A stretch of 64,000 nucleotides of DNA, taken from the NCBI GenBank assembly GCA_048013815.1, contig CM106586.1, positions 7,006,001 to 7,070,000 of the forward strand, in the 5' to 3' direction. Below are positions 1 through 13,718 of the stretch, in pieces. The position numbers and the translations under genes were made by a program. A model generated the notes under the pieces. It saw only the letters and a list, made by a program, of their open reading frames with translations, made no database searches and was not told where the DNA came from. Source of the stretch: Setoptus koraiensis. Its lineage: Eukaryota > Animalia > Arthropoda. Every line of letters begins with the position of its first letter. Position 1 is the stretch's first letter.

Positions 1-577
1 TGGCCCCAGTGACCACTGATTAGCGGATCCACACCTCCCGTTCTAAAGAGCGCCTCCTCCCTTTCCAGTGATCGCCGCCTCCCTTTCCAGTGAGTGCCGC
101 CTCCCTGCGCACGGTCGCCTTTGTCGGTCATTCAAATGTCCCATTGAATGCCAGCCATTTATTTGATTGGATTGATTTGGTGGGATATTTGAGCCAGTCG
201 ATGCAGTCTGCCTGACAATGTGCGAATGACTGGAATCGGCTGGAATTTGGACTGTTTGAAAATGGCGCCTAGAAGTGGCCGTTGCGCGCGCCATCTCGCG
301 CCAATTCGACGAGTTCATTGATGTTCGTGAAGTGGCCCAATGTTGGGGGCCGAGTTGTCGTCACTGAGACAACTCGCCAGCGCGCATTAAAATAATCCAC
401 TCTAACCCGTATTCGGCGGGGGCCCCTCGGCAAGCTGCTCAGCGAGCGACGAGGCTGGTGTTGTGCCGAAAGGTGCTCGCGTTACGTAATGCGCGTTATT
501 ATTGGTCAGTGCGGCAGCAGCCCAGCAGCGACGACAAGAATTTCGCTCTCATATTGTTCACTTCTGCCTATTTGAGC

Positions 578-629
<52 letters not shown>

Positions 630-642
630 GTGTGTGTGTGCG
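578..642. repeat. (GT)n microsatellite
   Basis: Directly visible, about 30 units with one interruption. Confidence 0.95.
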
Positions 643-3504
643 TGCTTGTGTGCCTAGCGGAATTTGCAAGCATATGTTGAAGTAATCAATTATCACGTCA
701 ACTTTTGTTGGCGATGAGACAAACAGGTGACACAACGAGACACAACAGCGAGCAATTATCCGTTACGCGTGTACGTGATAATGTAGTTGTTTCTGGCTGA
801 TTTATGAGGCCAGCAGTAGACAAAGCGACCACGACAACTGGCGGCCAGAGCGCGTTATTTGCAGCGTTATTAACAAACGGCAAGCCGAAACGTAAACAAC
901 GCGTAATCATAACAAGCCTACGACATACACAAATAAACGGCTCGCCAGGTAATTCAAGATAAGAGTGCTGTATCCATCCAAGTTGTTGTAGGTAGCGCCA
1001 AAACGGTCGCTCACATAACAGGATATAACCATATGTAATAATATGTAATAATGGATCAAGCGAATATACACAGCAAACAGCCACAATAGACAAACAATAA
1101 ACAGACCAACAGCTAGCAAACAAACGCAAAATACCGTTGCGCCTCGTCAACCATTTCGAACATCATCGTTCCTTCATCCGATTCACCCGATTCATCCCAT
1201 TGCTGCAAGTAGTAAATGTGATTGTTCTGCAGACAGACAGATAATAGTAACGTTACAAACGAATTTAAATGATATCGATTTGATAATAATGATGGCATCG
1301 TGCTCGCTGGCTTTCGGCGCTGGCGCTACTTGACGTGCGGTCACACGTCATGCAACGGTGTCCATTCTGAGAAAAAGTCTTTATAAGCGCGCCATTAATT
1401 TCATGCAACTAGACGCAAACACGCCGCATCATTAGGCAACAACGTGTTTTCATTTACAAACTCATTAGTTAACTCGACAAACAACTCATTTAGTCACACC
1501 AAGGCACATACGAAATATCGACACATTATTGTACAATAACTCAACAAATAACTGACCAATCGATGTTGGGCATCCAGTCGAACTGGATTGTCTAATTGAA
1601 TGTCAAACCGAAATCAACCAATGACATTTTCGCGTACCTATTTCGCTAGGCTTGGCAGGCTAGTTGCAAACACACGACGACACATATAATAAGTGAGTTA
1701 CTGCAACGCTTACATACTGTTATATAATCATACTTGTGTAACAGCATACAAAGCTAACGGCAGCTAACGGTTTATAATGACGTAACAATGCACAACTACA
1801 TCCCATGTATGTGCCAGTGACATGTATTGCCATTATAATGACCTATTATACAAACTAATGAGCTACTTTTGTGTTCCATATGGACACGACATTGGGCGCT
1901 GTTATTGTTTTGAAAAATTGAATAATTGAGGCACAACAATAAGCTACGCGGGCCCGCAGAAAACAAATTAAACACACCACCACAAATAGCACGATAAACG
2001 TCCAGCGTAAGACGTTCAATTCATCTACTTGTTAGGCTACTTTTGATTGTTACGCAAGTTTCAGCGGGCTGATAATATTTTTTCTACTTGCAGACAACAC
2101 ACAAATACACTAAAAGTGGGCACTTGTTATCAACACATCGCACTGGTTTTATTTCTATAGTTGTTGTAATAACTGCGAATCTGTTATCTGGAAGACACAA
2201 ATAGATATCGAGACTATTTATTAGGCAGCCATAGGTCAAGAGAATGCGCTCACACAATAAGAAATAATTCATTGTGACAACACATTTCTTCTCTTCCTTG
2301 GTTGTCGCCCTTGCAAATTGGCCAGAGCGAGCTCAAGGAAAAAAGATAATAATAATAGTAATTAATTGAAAGTATGAACAAGTGCTGCAAACCAGTGAAT
2401 TGTTGGTAAATTATTGCATCGAATGGGATTTGACAGGACGTATTAGATCGATAAGCAAACAAATTTATTAAAATATGGCAATTTGTTAGATAATACAACA
2501 CACAATGACTAGCCTTGAAGAGATGGATTCTCAGTCCAATGGTGAGTAACCCTATTTATTGATGATGTTATTAATCATCAGCAATAGCTGTTGTTGTCAT
2601 TATTGCTTTATTTTTGTTCTTTCTAGCTACACTAACTTGGCTTTTGGTGCACGCAATGATGACATAGTTGCTCAAATATCATTGTGCCAGTAATAGGCAC
2701 AATTATCCAGTCAATTTCCTCACCTTTTCCATTTACATTTTAGTTATTTATCCAACGACATTTAAGAGTAACACAATCAATAAATTATTATTATTATTAT
2801 TATTATTACTATTACTATTGCTATTATTTTTGTTAGTATTATTATTGTCATTATTATTATTGCAGGATTTATTTATAGCTTTACCAGTGGCAGTGTTCGC
2901 TGCTATCTCTCTAGCTGCTAGTAACACGTAATATCTAATATTATCCGTGTGCACTTGTTACAACGGACGATCAAGTTAGGACACAAGTAGTAACCATTAC
3001 ACACACACTGAACATGTATGGTGATGATATATTGCGCAATCCATTTAATGAGAAATCAATTTTTTGACAAGACCCAACACTAAACAAAAAGAGAGCGAAA
3101 ATTTCCATTTGAAACAGAGACATAAAAGAAAGGCTTGTTGCTAAGGACGCCTCTTGATCGGGCCCGCTATTTGTTATTATGAAGCTACCATAATGAGGCA
3201 AGCTTTGCTCTATTTGGAGCAAAACCAAAAACACAAAGAGAGATCATCATCATACGCAATATTAGTTCAGTCTGTCAATTGTTGTTCCATTGTCACTAGC
3301 AACAGTTATCAATCAGTCTAGCGACAACAACTGAGCAAGTCGTTTCGTCTCTCTCTCTTGAGCCACCAATATCTGTCACAATTATTGTCAATTGTTAATT
3401 CCATTCACATTGTCTTCCACATGTGAACACACCACTGTCTTCTGCTTTTCCGGCCAACCGCAAAACCGCCTCTCCCCCCGACACACCAATCAACGAATCA
3501 ACCA

Positions 3505-6500
3505 ATGGATATGGGCGACGAAGAGTGCGACAAGCTGCTGAGAGCTGTCAAAAAAGAGGTAACTACAGCTCAGGGAACCCCAGATCGGGCCCAGATAAAG
3601 CTCCTTTCGGGCCCCTAACACAGGGTGTCTGCTCACTGTCTCAATCGATTCGAAGCACCAAAATTATCATTATCCCCATCATGATCAAATCCACAGGTCA
3701 AACAAATCATGGAGGAGGCCGTCACCAAGAAGTTTGTCCACGAGGACAGTGGCTCCATAATATCACTTTGCGGTGAGTCACTTCTCGAAATCTCATTTCG
3801 CTTAGCGCAGTCCAGTTCGCGTGTATAAGAATACTTCCTATTTCTTCCTATTTTTTGCGTATGAGAATTTTTCCCATTTCTCATAGTGTTTGTATGAGAA
3901 AATTTCCCATTTCTCAGCGTGTTCGCCACAAGCCGCGGCGATATCAGCTTCCTAGAAAACTCATACAAGTAATGCTCATACAAGTATACTTATACAACTG
4001 TAAGAGTAGCTTTGAAGTGTGTTGTTGTCATATGTTTTCCAACCGAAAATCGCTACTAGAGATGAGCTCGACAGTTAGAAAGATGATTCCAGATAACGAG
4101 ACCTCACTTGAGAGTTAAGCTGCTTTCGAAGTAATAATATGATTGCTGGCTGCAGATTTCGGCTTGTTAGTTTAGTGAGAGGCCACTAGTGGCAGAGAGA
4201 TATATCCCAACTATCTGGAGCGAAAATCTCGAAAAACGTTATTGCGAAAGAGCGCTCGAAAAATAGCTGAAAAAACGCAGGAGAGAGTGCTCCAAAAAAA
4301 ATAAAACATGCGAGAATGTGAAGCGAAAAATGGAACCGAAGAAAATTTGCATTTGTTGTTATCATGACGGCAAAAGACAACAACATCAGCTGATAGCGAA
4401 CGATTCCACAATCTAGACACAATCTGGTTTTACTTTTTCAATAGAAATTGATTTTTCCTAGTGCCGAGACATTAGTTTATGTTCGCCTCGGGCCCGTCTG
4501 TTATCACGCAGGCAACCTTCAGCTGAGGCCATATCACCACTTTTCATTATTCAACTACTTGCCTATAATGGTGCAGTATGGTGAAGTAGAGGCCAGCCAC
4601 CATTATTGCAACAACAGCAACAACAGCCGCAACAACAGCAGTAACAACAGCAACAACAATGATTACGTAATGTTGTTCCCGCCGCAACTTGTATATATTA
4701 CGCACCTAGCACAATACCATTGAAAGCATAGATTCGCACCATATGCTGGCATGTTTTTTGATGCCTATTAATCATATGGCACCAGCAGTATTTAATCTGG
4801 GTTAGGCGGCGGCGGCGCCGCTGAATTGAGGCGATCCGACTAAAGTCACAAGCAGACACACACACACACACGTACAGACGGCCAAAGTGAGTGCCAAAAA
4901 TGTCAGGGGGAATTCTCTTTATTTGTTAGAAAAACCATTCGCATCTTCCATATTGTCCATATTGAAACTCACACACAATCGAGTCAGATGTTGCATCATG
5001 ATGAGATTAGATTGGCAATTTGCGAATGACAATGATGCTGGCATTGGTTGTGTTCGAGTCGAAGCCGATGCAATAGGATTTCCGCGTCATGCAAATCTTA
5101 TTGCGTCTATTCTGTTTGCTGTTGCGATCCACGAACAAAATAAAATGGCTTCGATACGCACATTCGAGCTCGATATACAATCGATTGGCGGCATCAAACG
5201 AACAACAGTTTGCAATCTAATTGCGGCCGGATAGTTTGTGGTGGTGCCATTGTTGTGCTAGCAGGGCAGCCAGTGATTCGGCGGCTAGACTTATCCGCAT
5301 TGAGAAGCCGCCAGTTTCTTTGTTCTCGCTTCTCGCAATTGTTTTTCTGCGTTAATTTTTGGCAACGTTCGCACGTCGCCAAAAATTATTATTATTCGCA
5401 GTGCTTTCATTTCGAGATAGTGTCTAGTTTGTGGCCACAAATTAGACATAGGCGCATAGATAGATTCGTACTAGTTGCTGATTAACTATCTGGAAATAAC
5501 TCTCTGATTGACACATACGCCGAGAACGATCATTGGACGCAAATAAAATCAAAATCAGAATAGGTTCCCAAGACACAAGAAAGTTTCCAAGAGAATGACT
5601 GGCCAGATATCATCGTGCACTGTCGTTGTGATGGCTCTGCTGATGTCGTCAACAATAACGGTTCATTCAATTCGTCCAAAAGACGTTCGAAATGCCTTTC
5701 GCCGAGAAAATAGTCTCATGCTGCCCGATCGCAGTCCCGCCATGGATGCTTACATATTTGAATTTTATGATTCGGACTCATCATTGTTATCTCCTGTTGA
5801 TAGAGTGCTCAAGAAGCGCTCAATCAGTGAGCCGCTGATGGACAATGCAATGGACTTTGTGGACAACAGATTTGACGTGATCGAAGTGAACGAAATCGTT
5901 CGCGACAATCAATTGAGTCTCGATTTGCAAGAGTTAATTATAGAATCGTTGAATCTATTGCAGGCTCAGCAAGTCAACTATGCGGACGAATTGAAAAACA
6001 ATCAGGCGGCCTCGTTGGCATTGGAGATGATCAAAAGTAATTTGAACGAGGCTCTGTACGATTTGCAAAAAACAGACGACGCACTCACAATGCATAGAGT
6101 GTTGAATGAAGTAGCGCAAGCCAACAATTTTTATCAAGCTCTCAGAGAAGATTTGCTAGCAGCCGATGGGAACCATAATGTTGACATGAGCCTTTTGGGG
6201 CCCATCAAGCCGTTATTTGATTTGTATGTGGCTATTCAGGAGCAATTTGACAGAGTGAAAAAATCTGGCTCAATGTCAGATTCTAGCAGCGCCTACACTA
6301 TCATTAAATCCATTGCAGATAAAATGGTTGAATCCATTAAAGCCACGGCTGTAGTCGATGCAAACAACAACAACGGCAACAAAATTATCAGCAATAAAAA
6401 AATCAATAATGTTGATATGATGAACGCTGTTGTACCCGTTGTTGGGCCCGCAAACAAGCCCGCGGGCGCACTCATGCCCCCTAAACCCCCGAAAAAATCG

Positions 6501-9500
6501 TCAAATCTGTTAGATAAACAGGCCATGGCTATGCCGAAGTTAGATATCGATCAAAAGAAGAGCGTCGCTATCAATGAGGCCCCCTTCAATATGATGCAAA
6601 TGAGCAAATTCAGCACTGAGAGCTATCAAGTTGATGACAATGCCGACGACGCCGACGACGCCAATTTCGCGCAATTGCTCCTTGAATATTAATCGATTGG
6701 ATCGACGATCATTCAATGGGTTGTGTTTGTCATTTGTCACCTAATTTTGTATCGCTTGTGCAACTAAACACAGGTATACCTGAATAGATTATATAGCACA
6801 GCCATATGTGAGTTTGAGATCGTGATCGGAAGCAATTCAGTTGCATTACTTATAAACAAAAATATGGAGATTTTCATTATAACATAAGGTTGTCGCATGG
6901 GCAATTGTCATAACTAATTTAATCGCGTGCCATGCCAACCCATGGCGACTGCAAGCTTTGCAGTGTCCGCCAGATCGTTATGTAATGAGGACAATTAAAT
7001 GTAGATTACATATCACCCGCAAAGAGATGCAATTATGTGCGGTGGCATTTGAAATCGACTCGCAGAATACCTTTCTTCCCATTCGCTCTAACACCTGAAC
7101 AGGAAAACCGACATGTGACATGTAAATATCAGATTAACATTATTAGCTAGCTAAATATGGTGTGCTATGTGTATCCCAGACAAAGGCCATTGTGCAAACA
7201 TTGGCTAATCTGAATCTGATTGGAATTTAATTTGATTTGATTTTGATTGATTTCGATTGATTTTGATTTGGACTGATTCACTCGAAATCATCTTTGTAAA
7301 TGTCGTCTTTTTCGTTTTATAAAGAACGACCACAATTTCATCGGCACGATGATATGCCGATCATCCGACGGATGCAACTAAGTGTCAGGGGAATTGTTTC
7401 AACTTCATCATGTCGCTCCTACGTCCAATTTATAATGTCGAAATTGTATGCGTATTATTTGTCGCCATCTCAACAGTTTTGGCTGCCATACCAAACCAAG
7501 AATCGAAGCATCCGAAGGAGCCTGAGACAATTGAAAACAAAGTCGCCAATTCAGAACTGAATGAGTCAGTTGATCTGTTTAATGCTGCTCTCAACAGTTA
7601 CGTAAGATCGCTCGGCGCTGATGAGCAGTTACGAGAGCTTCTCAATATAGCACAGACGATCAAGACATTGATAGATGGCGAACCTAGTTCATCAAGTTCC
7701 AAAAATATTTTGGACAACAATAGAAGTCTCAAGCAAATTTTGACTGAGATGAAGCAAAATGCAAATTTCCAATTTGAGTTTAATGAAACAGACAGTGGTC
7801 GTTATTGTCAAAGAGTTATAACAGAATATGCAGACATTTGTAAACAATTAAACAAGATAAATGACTTTTTTGAGGTTCAAAACGATAGCGAAAACAATGC
7901 AACGCTGTCGGTATCTAAACAATTTGAACAAACGCGAGACAAATCTCTGCAATTGTTTGCTCTAATTAGTAGATTTTCCAACAATTTATCTCTGCTGAGA
8001 AGCGAATCAATTGAGCCGATCGATCAAATAGCCTCGCAAATCCAGTTGATATTGAAGAGATGGCCATATGTTGCAATGCTGGGCAACATCGAAAACGATG
8101 CAAAGGCGGCCAAATTGGTCGATTTGCTCGAGAAATACATTATGCATTCTTCCATAAGCAAGAAATCATTTCAAGCGAAATTGTCAACATTACCAGAAAG
8201 TTACAAATATTTCGCAAGAAATGTTGCCCACTGGTTCGATAGAGATGAATTGCGTCTGAGTAGCGCTCAAGAGGAGCCTCGCCGACCGTATCCCTACCAA
8301 GCTCAATATAAACTGTGACGGAAAAATACAAATACAATTAGAAAACAAGCAATGTTTGTATTTCTTTCGCTCTCTGTTTTTTCTCTGTCGATTTTGTATC
8401 GGGCTAAATGCAACAAACTCTGCTGTAGCGATTCAATAAACTGGCCATAAGTTATCACTTGCTCATCATCAACACTTGTCTATCACTCTCGACACACAAC
8501 AATAATTTGCATAATCAGTGGCCGTGGATGCCTGTTTATCGCACGGACTGAAACGGCGCGTTTTAGGTTTGTTCAAGACGAATTCCACCACTGCACTGGT
8601 GCAGAAAATTGCCAAAAATTGCGATTCGGCCGCAGAGGTGATCAAATCGCTGGACCAGGCCTGCAAAGGCAACCAACTAAGGTAATTACCGACTGTCCAA
8701 TTGGGGCCCCAATCGCGCCAATCAAACGACGACGTGTTTGTTTACTCAGCGATATAAGCTGTTAGGTGCATAATTGAAATCTCTAATTACTCTTCGCAAT
8801 CTGATTACCCCAACCGCATAAATTGCCGTGGCTGGCGTCCAAACAAAATGTCATCTATGTGGCGTAAGCAGAACAAACTCGCCCCCGTGTGGCGAAAATA
8901 CCTCCTCGAATTCGCGACACAGCCAAGTGTCCAGTAACAGCAACTCTGTCGGAAGCGCCGCATCGCAGCAACAGCAGGCCGCGGCGTCGCAGCAAGGCGG
9001 CTCAAAATTGACCACTAGCAGCGTTAGCAGTTTGTCGCCCATCAGGCGAGCCAACAACAAGCGCTACCTCTGGATTAAAACGGCCCTTCTAATGCGAAAG
9101 CTCATTAGCATAATGGATCATCTCACTAAGCATGCAAACAAATATTACGAAGACGACGCGCTAATGTCCGACTATTTCTATGCGCAATTGTTGTCCTCGT
9201 TACTAGTGGGCCCGTGCGCGTTAGATTTCAGCCGAATGAAAACACACGATCACCTGTGGACGGACCCGAGCGCCGACGAGCTGGTTCAGCGTCACAATTT
9301 GGCCAACCCGATTGAGTGCGGCTGCAAGTGCAATCATTTCCAGAATCATAATACCCAAAATGCAACCCACAGCAACTCGCCGCAGGGCAGCCGAGCATCG
9401 CAAAGCGGCGGCCCTGCGACCAGTAACAGTAGCCACAGCGCCACTTCCGGTCAAAACAATTTAAACTTGGTGGACGAGTTGTCATCGGCGACCATTGACA

Positions 9501-12500
9501 TAATGATGATGAACTCCAACGAGCACCATTACGGCCGCCACATCAACAACCATCACCAACAACCGAATAATTGTGCTTCACCTGTAACTGTGTCTAGCAG
9601 CCACGATTTGGGCAGCACAACAACTACACCGACAACGACAACCGCAACCGCATCAACTCAATCACGCAAACCCTTGGCCCTGTCACAAAGTCTCAAAACA
9701 ACCATGGTCACCGATTGTCATCATTTCGATTGCAAGCACAGCAATCACCGGCACAATTCCAAGGGATATTCGTTCACGTCGCAAGACCAGGCGCCCATAT
9801 GGAGCCCCAGGATGCTGCACGAAACGCTGCACCAAAATTCAAAGTTGTTGCTGTTGTACGCCAAGAACAACGTTTTGATGCAAACTAGCGACATGCAAAC
9901 GATGCCCGGTTACCTGTCGTTGCATCAGAGCTCTGGCGATCTCATAATCAAATGGATACCAAATCAGATGATAAACGGCGGCAACGGTACCAACATAAGC
10001 ATTTGTAACAGCAACACCAACAGCAACAGTCTACAATCGGGCAACAAGCAACAGCCGCAAGCAGCCGAAATGCCGGATGGCGCCGGCACGGGCGCGGGCG
10101 AACAATCAAGCGCAGCCGACAATTCCTGTCGGCCCGTCGAAGAGTCGCCGCCCGTCGCCGACACTTGCGGCCACGAGCCCACACTAGCGCCGGCTAGTGC
10201 GGGTAGCGCGGGTAGTGCCGCCGGTCAATTGCCGCAGTCGCAATCGGTCAAGAGCTCCTATTTGGATCTGGTGGTGAGCTTGTCGGTGAGCCGAATAGTG
10301 TATTTGCATTGTCACGAACGCGAGGACACCGGCGAAGGAACAATAATACTGGTGGAGCGAGACGGCACACAGAGGGCGCCATTTATATTTCCGAAAGGCG
10401 GACTGTGGTCGTTCTTGTCGTGCATAGAAAGCGGACTGGAGCCCCACAGCAGCCTGGACCCGCCGCTGAGCATGAGATACAGTTCGGGTCACTATAGCAC
10501 CGGCTTGTTGGCACCGCTGTCGCCCAATGACTGCGACTCGCCGGCACACCAGCAGCGACAAATGCAACAGCAAGACTCGCTGGGCGACCTGCTCATGTCC
10601 AAGCTGACCCTATTGGGCCGCCGCAAACAAAAACAACAGACCCAATCGACGCCCACGCCCACCACCAGCACCAGCAGCTGCGAACTGACCGATCCGGCCC
10701 GACCGGCCAGCGAGGGGGGCGCCGCCGGCCAGCAGTTCAGCAACAGGACGGCCGAGCAACAGGAGGGCAGCGGCTCCGCCGAGGGCCCGGCCAGATTGGC
10801 ACCGTCGGATTATGTGTTTAGAATTGTCGCTCCGCTGGATAAAATGTTGCTGCCGAGCGCCACAAACAGTTCGTCTGTGGACACTCCGCCAAATTCGGCC
10901 AATTCAACCAACGACGATCTGTCGCTTGCCACTCAATCAAACGGACACTCCAACGCGCCCAAATATCGCTGGAATTTGAGCAAATTCACCCAGTTTGCAA
11001 CCATAGCCAAATACTCAACATCATCGACAAATTCTACTGGCTCGTCGAGCCTCAAATCGGCCAGCATTGGCACCGCCACTGGCGAGTCGCTAGATTCGTG
11101 CTGGTCGCCCTCGTCGACGACGCCCGCAACAACCGTCTGCAACAACAGCAACATCAGCAGCACCAATAGCACAAATCCAACAATAACGGTGGACACCTTG
11201 ACAACGACAACCCAATCGCACGATATTGTCAACAGTCACAGCGCCGACCTGAGAACAACCTCCAACGATGTCTCGAAAATCTCCAACCAAAACGGCGAGC
11301 AACTGTCAAACGGCAAAATCTGCGCTGCTGCGGCCGACTCACATTGCCAGTCGGCCGCGGGTGAGTGCCGGTGCCCGGGTACGCCAACCAGCCATCATCA
11401 GGCAGACCAGCAGACATTGATACAGACCAACCAGTCTATTCAGACGTTGTGTCACGCCATGAGAAAACAAATTATATCGCGCGCCTTCTACGGGTGGCTA
11501 ACGCATTGTAGACACTTCAGAACGGTCAGGTTGCATCTGGCAAAATTGGTCAAGAAAGAGATTGTGTCACAGGATTATCCGAGCGACGCCAGTGTTGGCC
11601 TCAATCAGGAGATCTGGCTAAAGTTGCACACCCAACAGACGCAAGATGTCGCCGTCGGTGGCGCAAGCGAGCTGGCCAGAGAGATGTTTCGTTTGGTGTA
11701 TTTTGGTGGCATTAAAGAGGCCAGTTTGCGCAAGACAGTGTGGCCCTACTTGTTGGGCCATTATCAATTTGAGGATAGCGAGGAGGCGCGCACGTTCAAA
11801 GACAACCAAGTCAGAGAATTGTATTATTCGTCTATGAACGATTGGCAACAAATTGAGGCCGTTGTCAGACAGCGGGATCGTGATATATGCGCCGCAAATA
11901 TGGCCAAATATTCCAACGAACGAAAGTTGTCCAAACAAAACAAAGATTCTTCCGATTCAATTCTCGTTAACAAAAGGGAGGTGACATTCGAGGATTCGTC
12001 CTCGTCGGCGTTACACATGTCACACAGAGACGAAGAAGTTTTCAGAGAAGAAACCATGTCTTGCGCTAACGACGACGATTTCATGACGCAACCAGATGAT
12101 AATAACAAAAATATTGATAATAACAATAATAATGAACAACAAACGCAAATGGACGAAGATGATTGCACAGTGGCCCCGGCCAATGGTCAAGATGACGTAT
12201 ACGATAATAATGACGAAGCAGAAGAATCACAAGATGTTGTCATTGACGACAACCCCATAGATAAGATTGAGGCTATTGAAAGAAGAAAATTACAGGGTCG
12301 ATTAGAGAGCACCGGAAGTGTTGGCTCAGACGCCTCTATTACAGACCAATTTGGGTGTAATATACATAGAATAGATAAGGATGTTCAAAGATGTGATAGA
12401 AATTACTGGTATTTCACAAACACCACCAATTTAGACAAGCTACGGAATGTCATGTGCAGCTACGTCTGGCAAAATTTAGATGTGGGATACGTGCAAGGAA

Positions 12501-13369
12501 TGTGCGATCTGGCGGCTCCATTCTTGGTCATTTTCGACGACGGTAAGGCACACATGCAGGCTATCATTAATCTTGAGATCAACCTTTTAAAATTTGAATA
12601 TATCCCATACGTTAATATGATAATATTATGTAACTACTCCCTCTCTATCTATCAGAAATTATGGCCTACAGTTGTTTCAGTTTGTTGATGAAAAGAATGG
12701 TGGCAAACTTCCCCCACGGTGGAGCTATGGATCAACATTTTGCAAGTCTACGCTACATGCTTCAAGTTTTAGATCCGGAATTGTTCGAGATGATGCAAAG
12801 TAACGGCGATTATACGCATTTTTATTTTTGCTACAGATGGCTGCTATTGGATTTTAAAAGAGGTAAGTTTCGGTTTCATTGAAAGTAAATCATTAACGAG
12901 TCTTCTTTTCTCCGACAGCATCTCATAATGAATTTTTAAAATTGTGCCTTCGTCTTTATCTTCCACTTACAATCGCAACAGAGCTCACTTATGAAGATGT
13001 GTTTCGCGTCTGGGAGATTATCTGGGCTGCTAGTCATATATCTACCGACAATTTCGTTCTATTCGTTGCATTGGCTATGATCAAATATTATCGTGATATC
13101 ATTATAGAGAACAATATGGATTTTACCGACACAATTAAGTTTTTTAACGGTCAGTATGTGGTTGTAGTGGTAAACTTCGATCTTGATTAATCATCTGAAC
13201 ACATGAATTTTCGTTGCATATTCGATTGAACTATTGATTTTATGAGTATATTAACATTTCATCATCATTATCACATTCCATAGAGATGGCAGAGAAACAC
13301 GACGCACAAAGGATTGTAAGTCTCGCCAAAGATTGTGTATTGGAGGTACAAAATATGCTCAACGCATAA
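3505..13369 (+). CDS. SGSM: Small G protein signaling modulator 1/2-like (RUN + TBC Rab-GAP); 7 exons approx. 3505-3558, 3697-3772, 8519-8681, 8872-12542, 12656-12862, 12982-13149, 13284-13369
   Basis: Hand-spliced N-terminus [18 protein letters not shown]|[25 protein letters not shown]|[14 protein letters not shown] matches the SGSM1/2 start ([27 protein letters not shown]). Also present: [32 protein letters not shown] and TBC motifs [44 protein letters not shown] junctions are phase-consistent. Confidence 0.93.
3823..3924. repeat. Three ~33-36-bp tandem units (GTATGAGAA...TTCCCATTTCTCA...) in SGSM intron 2
   Basis: Units start at about 3823, 3859 and 3892. The last two contain an internal TGAGAA/TTCTCA inverted pair. 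Confidence 0.7.
5595..6692 (+). CDS. Orphan secreted protein A (365 aa, intronless), nested in SGSM intron 2
   Basis: Long ORF with ATG and a hydrophobic leader ([25 protein letters not shown]). The mature part looks helical, has no Cys and contains a KKR site. No family recognised. Confidence 0.8.
   Translation: MTGQISSCTVVVMALLMSSTITVHSIRPKDVRNAFRRENSLMLPDRSPAMDAYIFEFYDSDSSLLSPVDRVLKKRSISEPLMDNAMDFVDNRFDVIEVNEIVRDNQLSLDLQELIIESLNLLQAQQVNYADELKNNQAASLALEMIKSNLNEALYDLQKTDDALTMHRVLNEVAQANNFYQALREDLLAADGNHNVDMSLLGPIKPLFDLYVAIQEQFDRVKKSGSMSDSSSAYTIIKSIADKMVESIKATAVVDANNNNGNKIISNKKINNVDMMNAVVPVVGPANKPAGALMPPKPPKKSSNLLDKQAMAMPKLDIDQKKSVAINEAPFNMMQMSKFSTESYQVDDNADDADDANFAQLLLEY
7410..8318 (+). CDS. 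Orphan secreted protein B (302 aa, intronless), nested in SGSM intron 2
   Basis: Long ORF with signal-like [14 protein letters not shown], a helical-looking mature region with two Cys, and AATAAA at 8435-8440. No family recognised. Confidence 0.8.
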   Translation: MSLLRPIYNVEIVCVLFVAISTVLAAIPNQESKHPKEPETIENKVANSELNESVDLFNAALNSYVRSLGADEQLRELLNIAQTIKTLIDGEPSSSSSKNILDNNRSLKQILTEMKQNANFQFEFNETDSGRYCQRVITEYADICKQLNKINDFFEVQNDSENNATLSVSKQFEQTRDKSLQLFALISRFSNNLSLLRSESIEPIDQIASQIQLILKRWPYVAMLGNIENDAKAAKLVDLLEKYIMHSSISKKSFQAKLSTLPESYKYFARNVAHWFDRDELRLSSAQEEPRRPYPYQAQYKL

Positions 13370-13718
13370 TGTGTAGAACAAGATAAAATTGAATGAAAGG
13401 CACTTGGACAATTAAGCGATACGGATAAAACAAAATCTATATGTTGGTTTTGTTGATTCATTTGGAGATCAAGAAAAATAAAAACGCCTATACAAATTTA
13501 ATAGATGTATCTAACAATGAATTCAGATGTTGAATTGTCATTTGAATTAGTTAGATGCATCACAATAATTATCGTATCAAACTCAATTTACACATTGTCG
13601 AATAGGCCGACCGTTGCTACAAATAATCATCTTATTTTACAAACTTTCACACTTATATAACGCATACAGCGTCCATGTGTCATGTATTAGTAATGATTTT
13701 CCTAGAAAATAGCTTGGA

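Noticed and set aside
1-3400. Several short minus-strand ORFs, including the 150-aa ORF at 698-1150
   Set aside because: No domain recognised and no convincing exon chain; may be UTR/regulatory DNA or a gene extending outside the window.
8828-8871. ORF-track start of the 1286-aa SGSM ORF, and its last ~48 residues (12543-12688)
   Set aside because: Both are intronic read-through. The true N-terminus comes from exons at 3505, 3697 and 8519, and the TBC domain continues in spliced exons.
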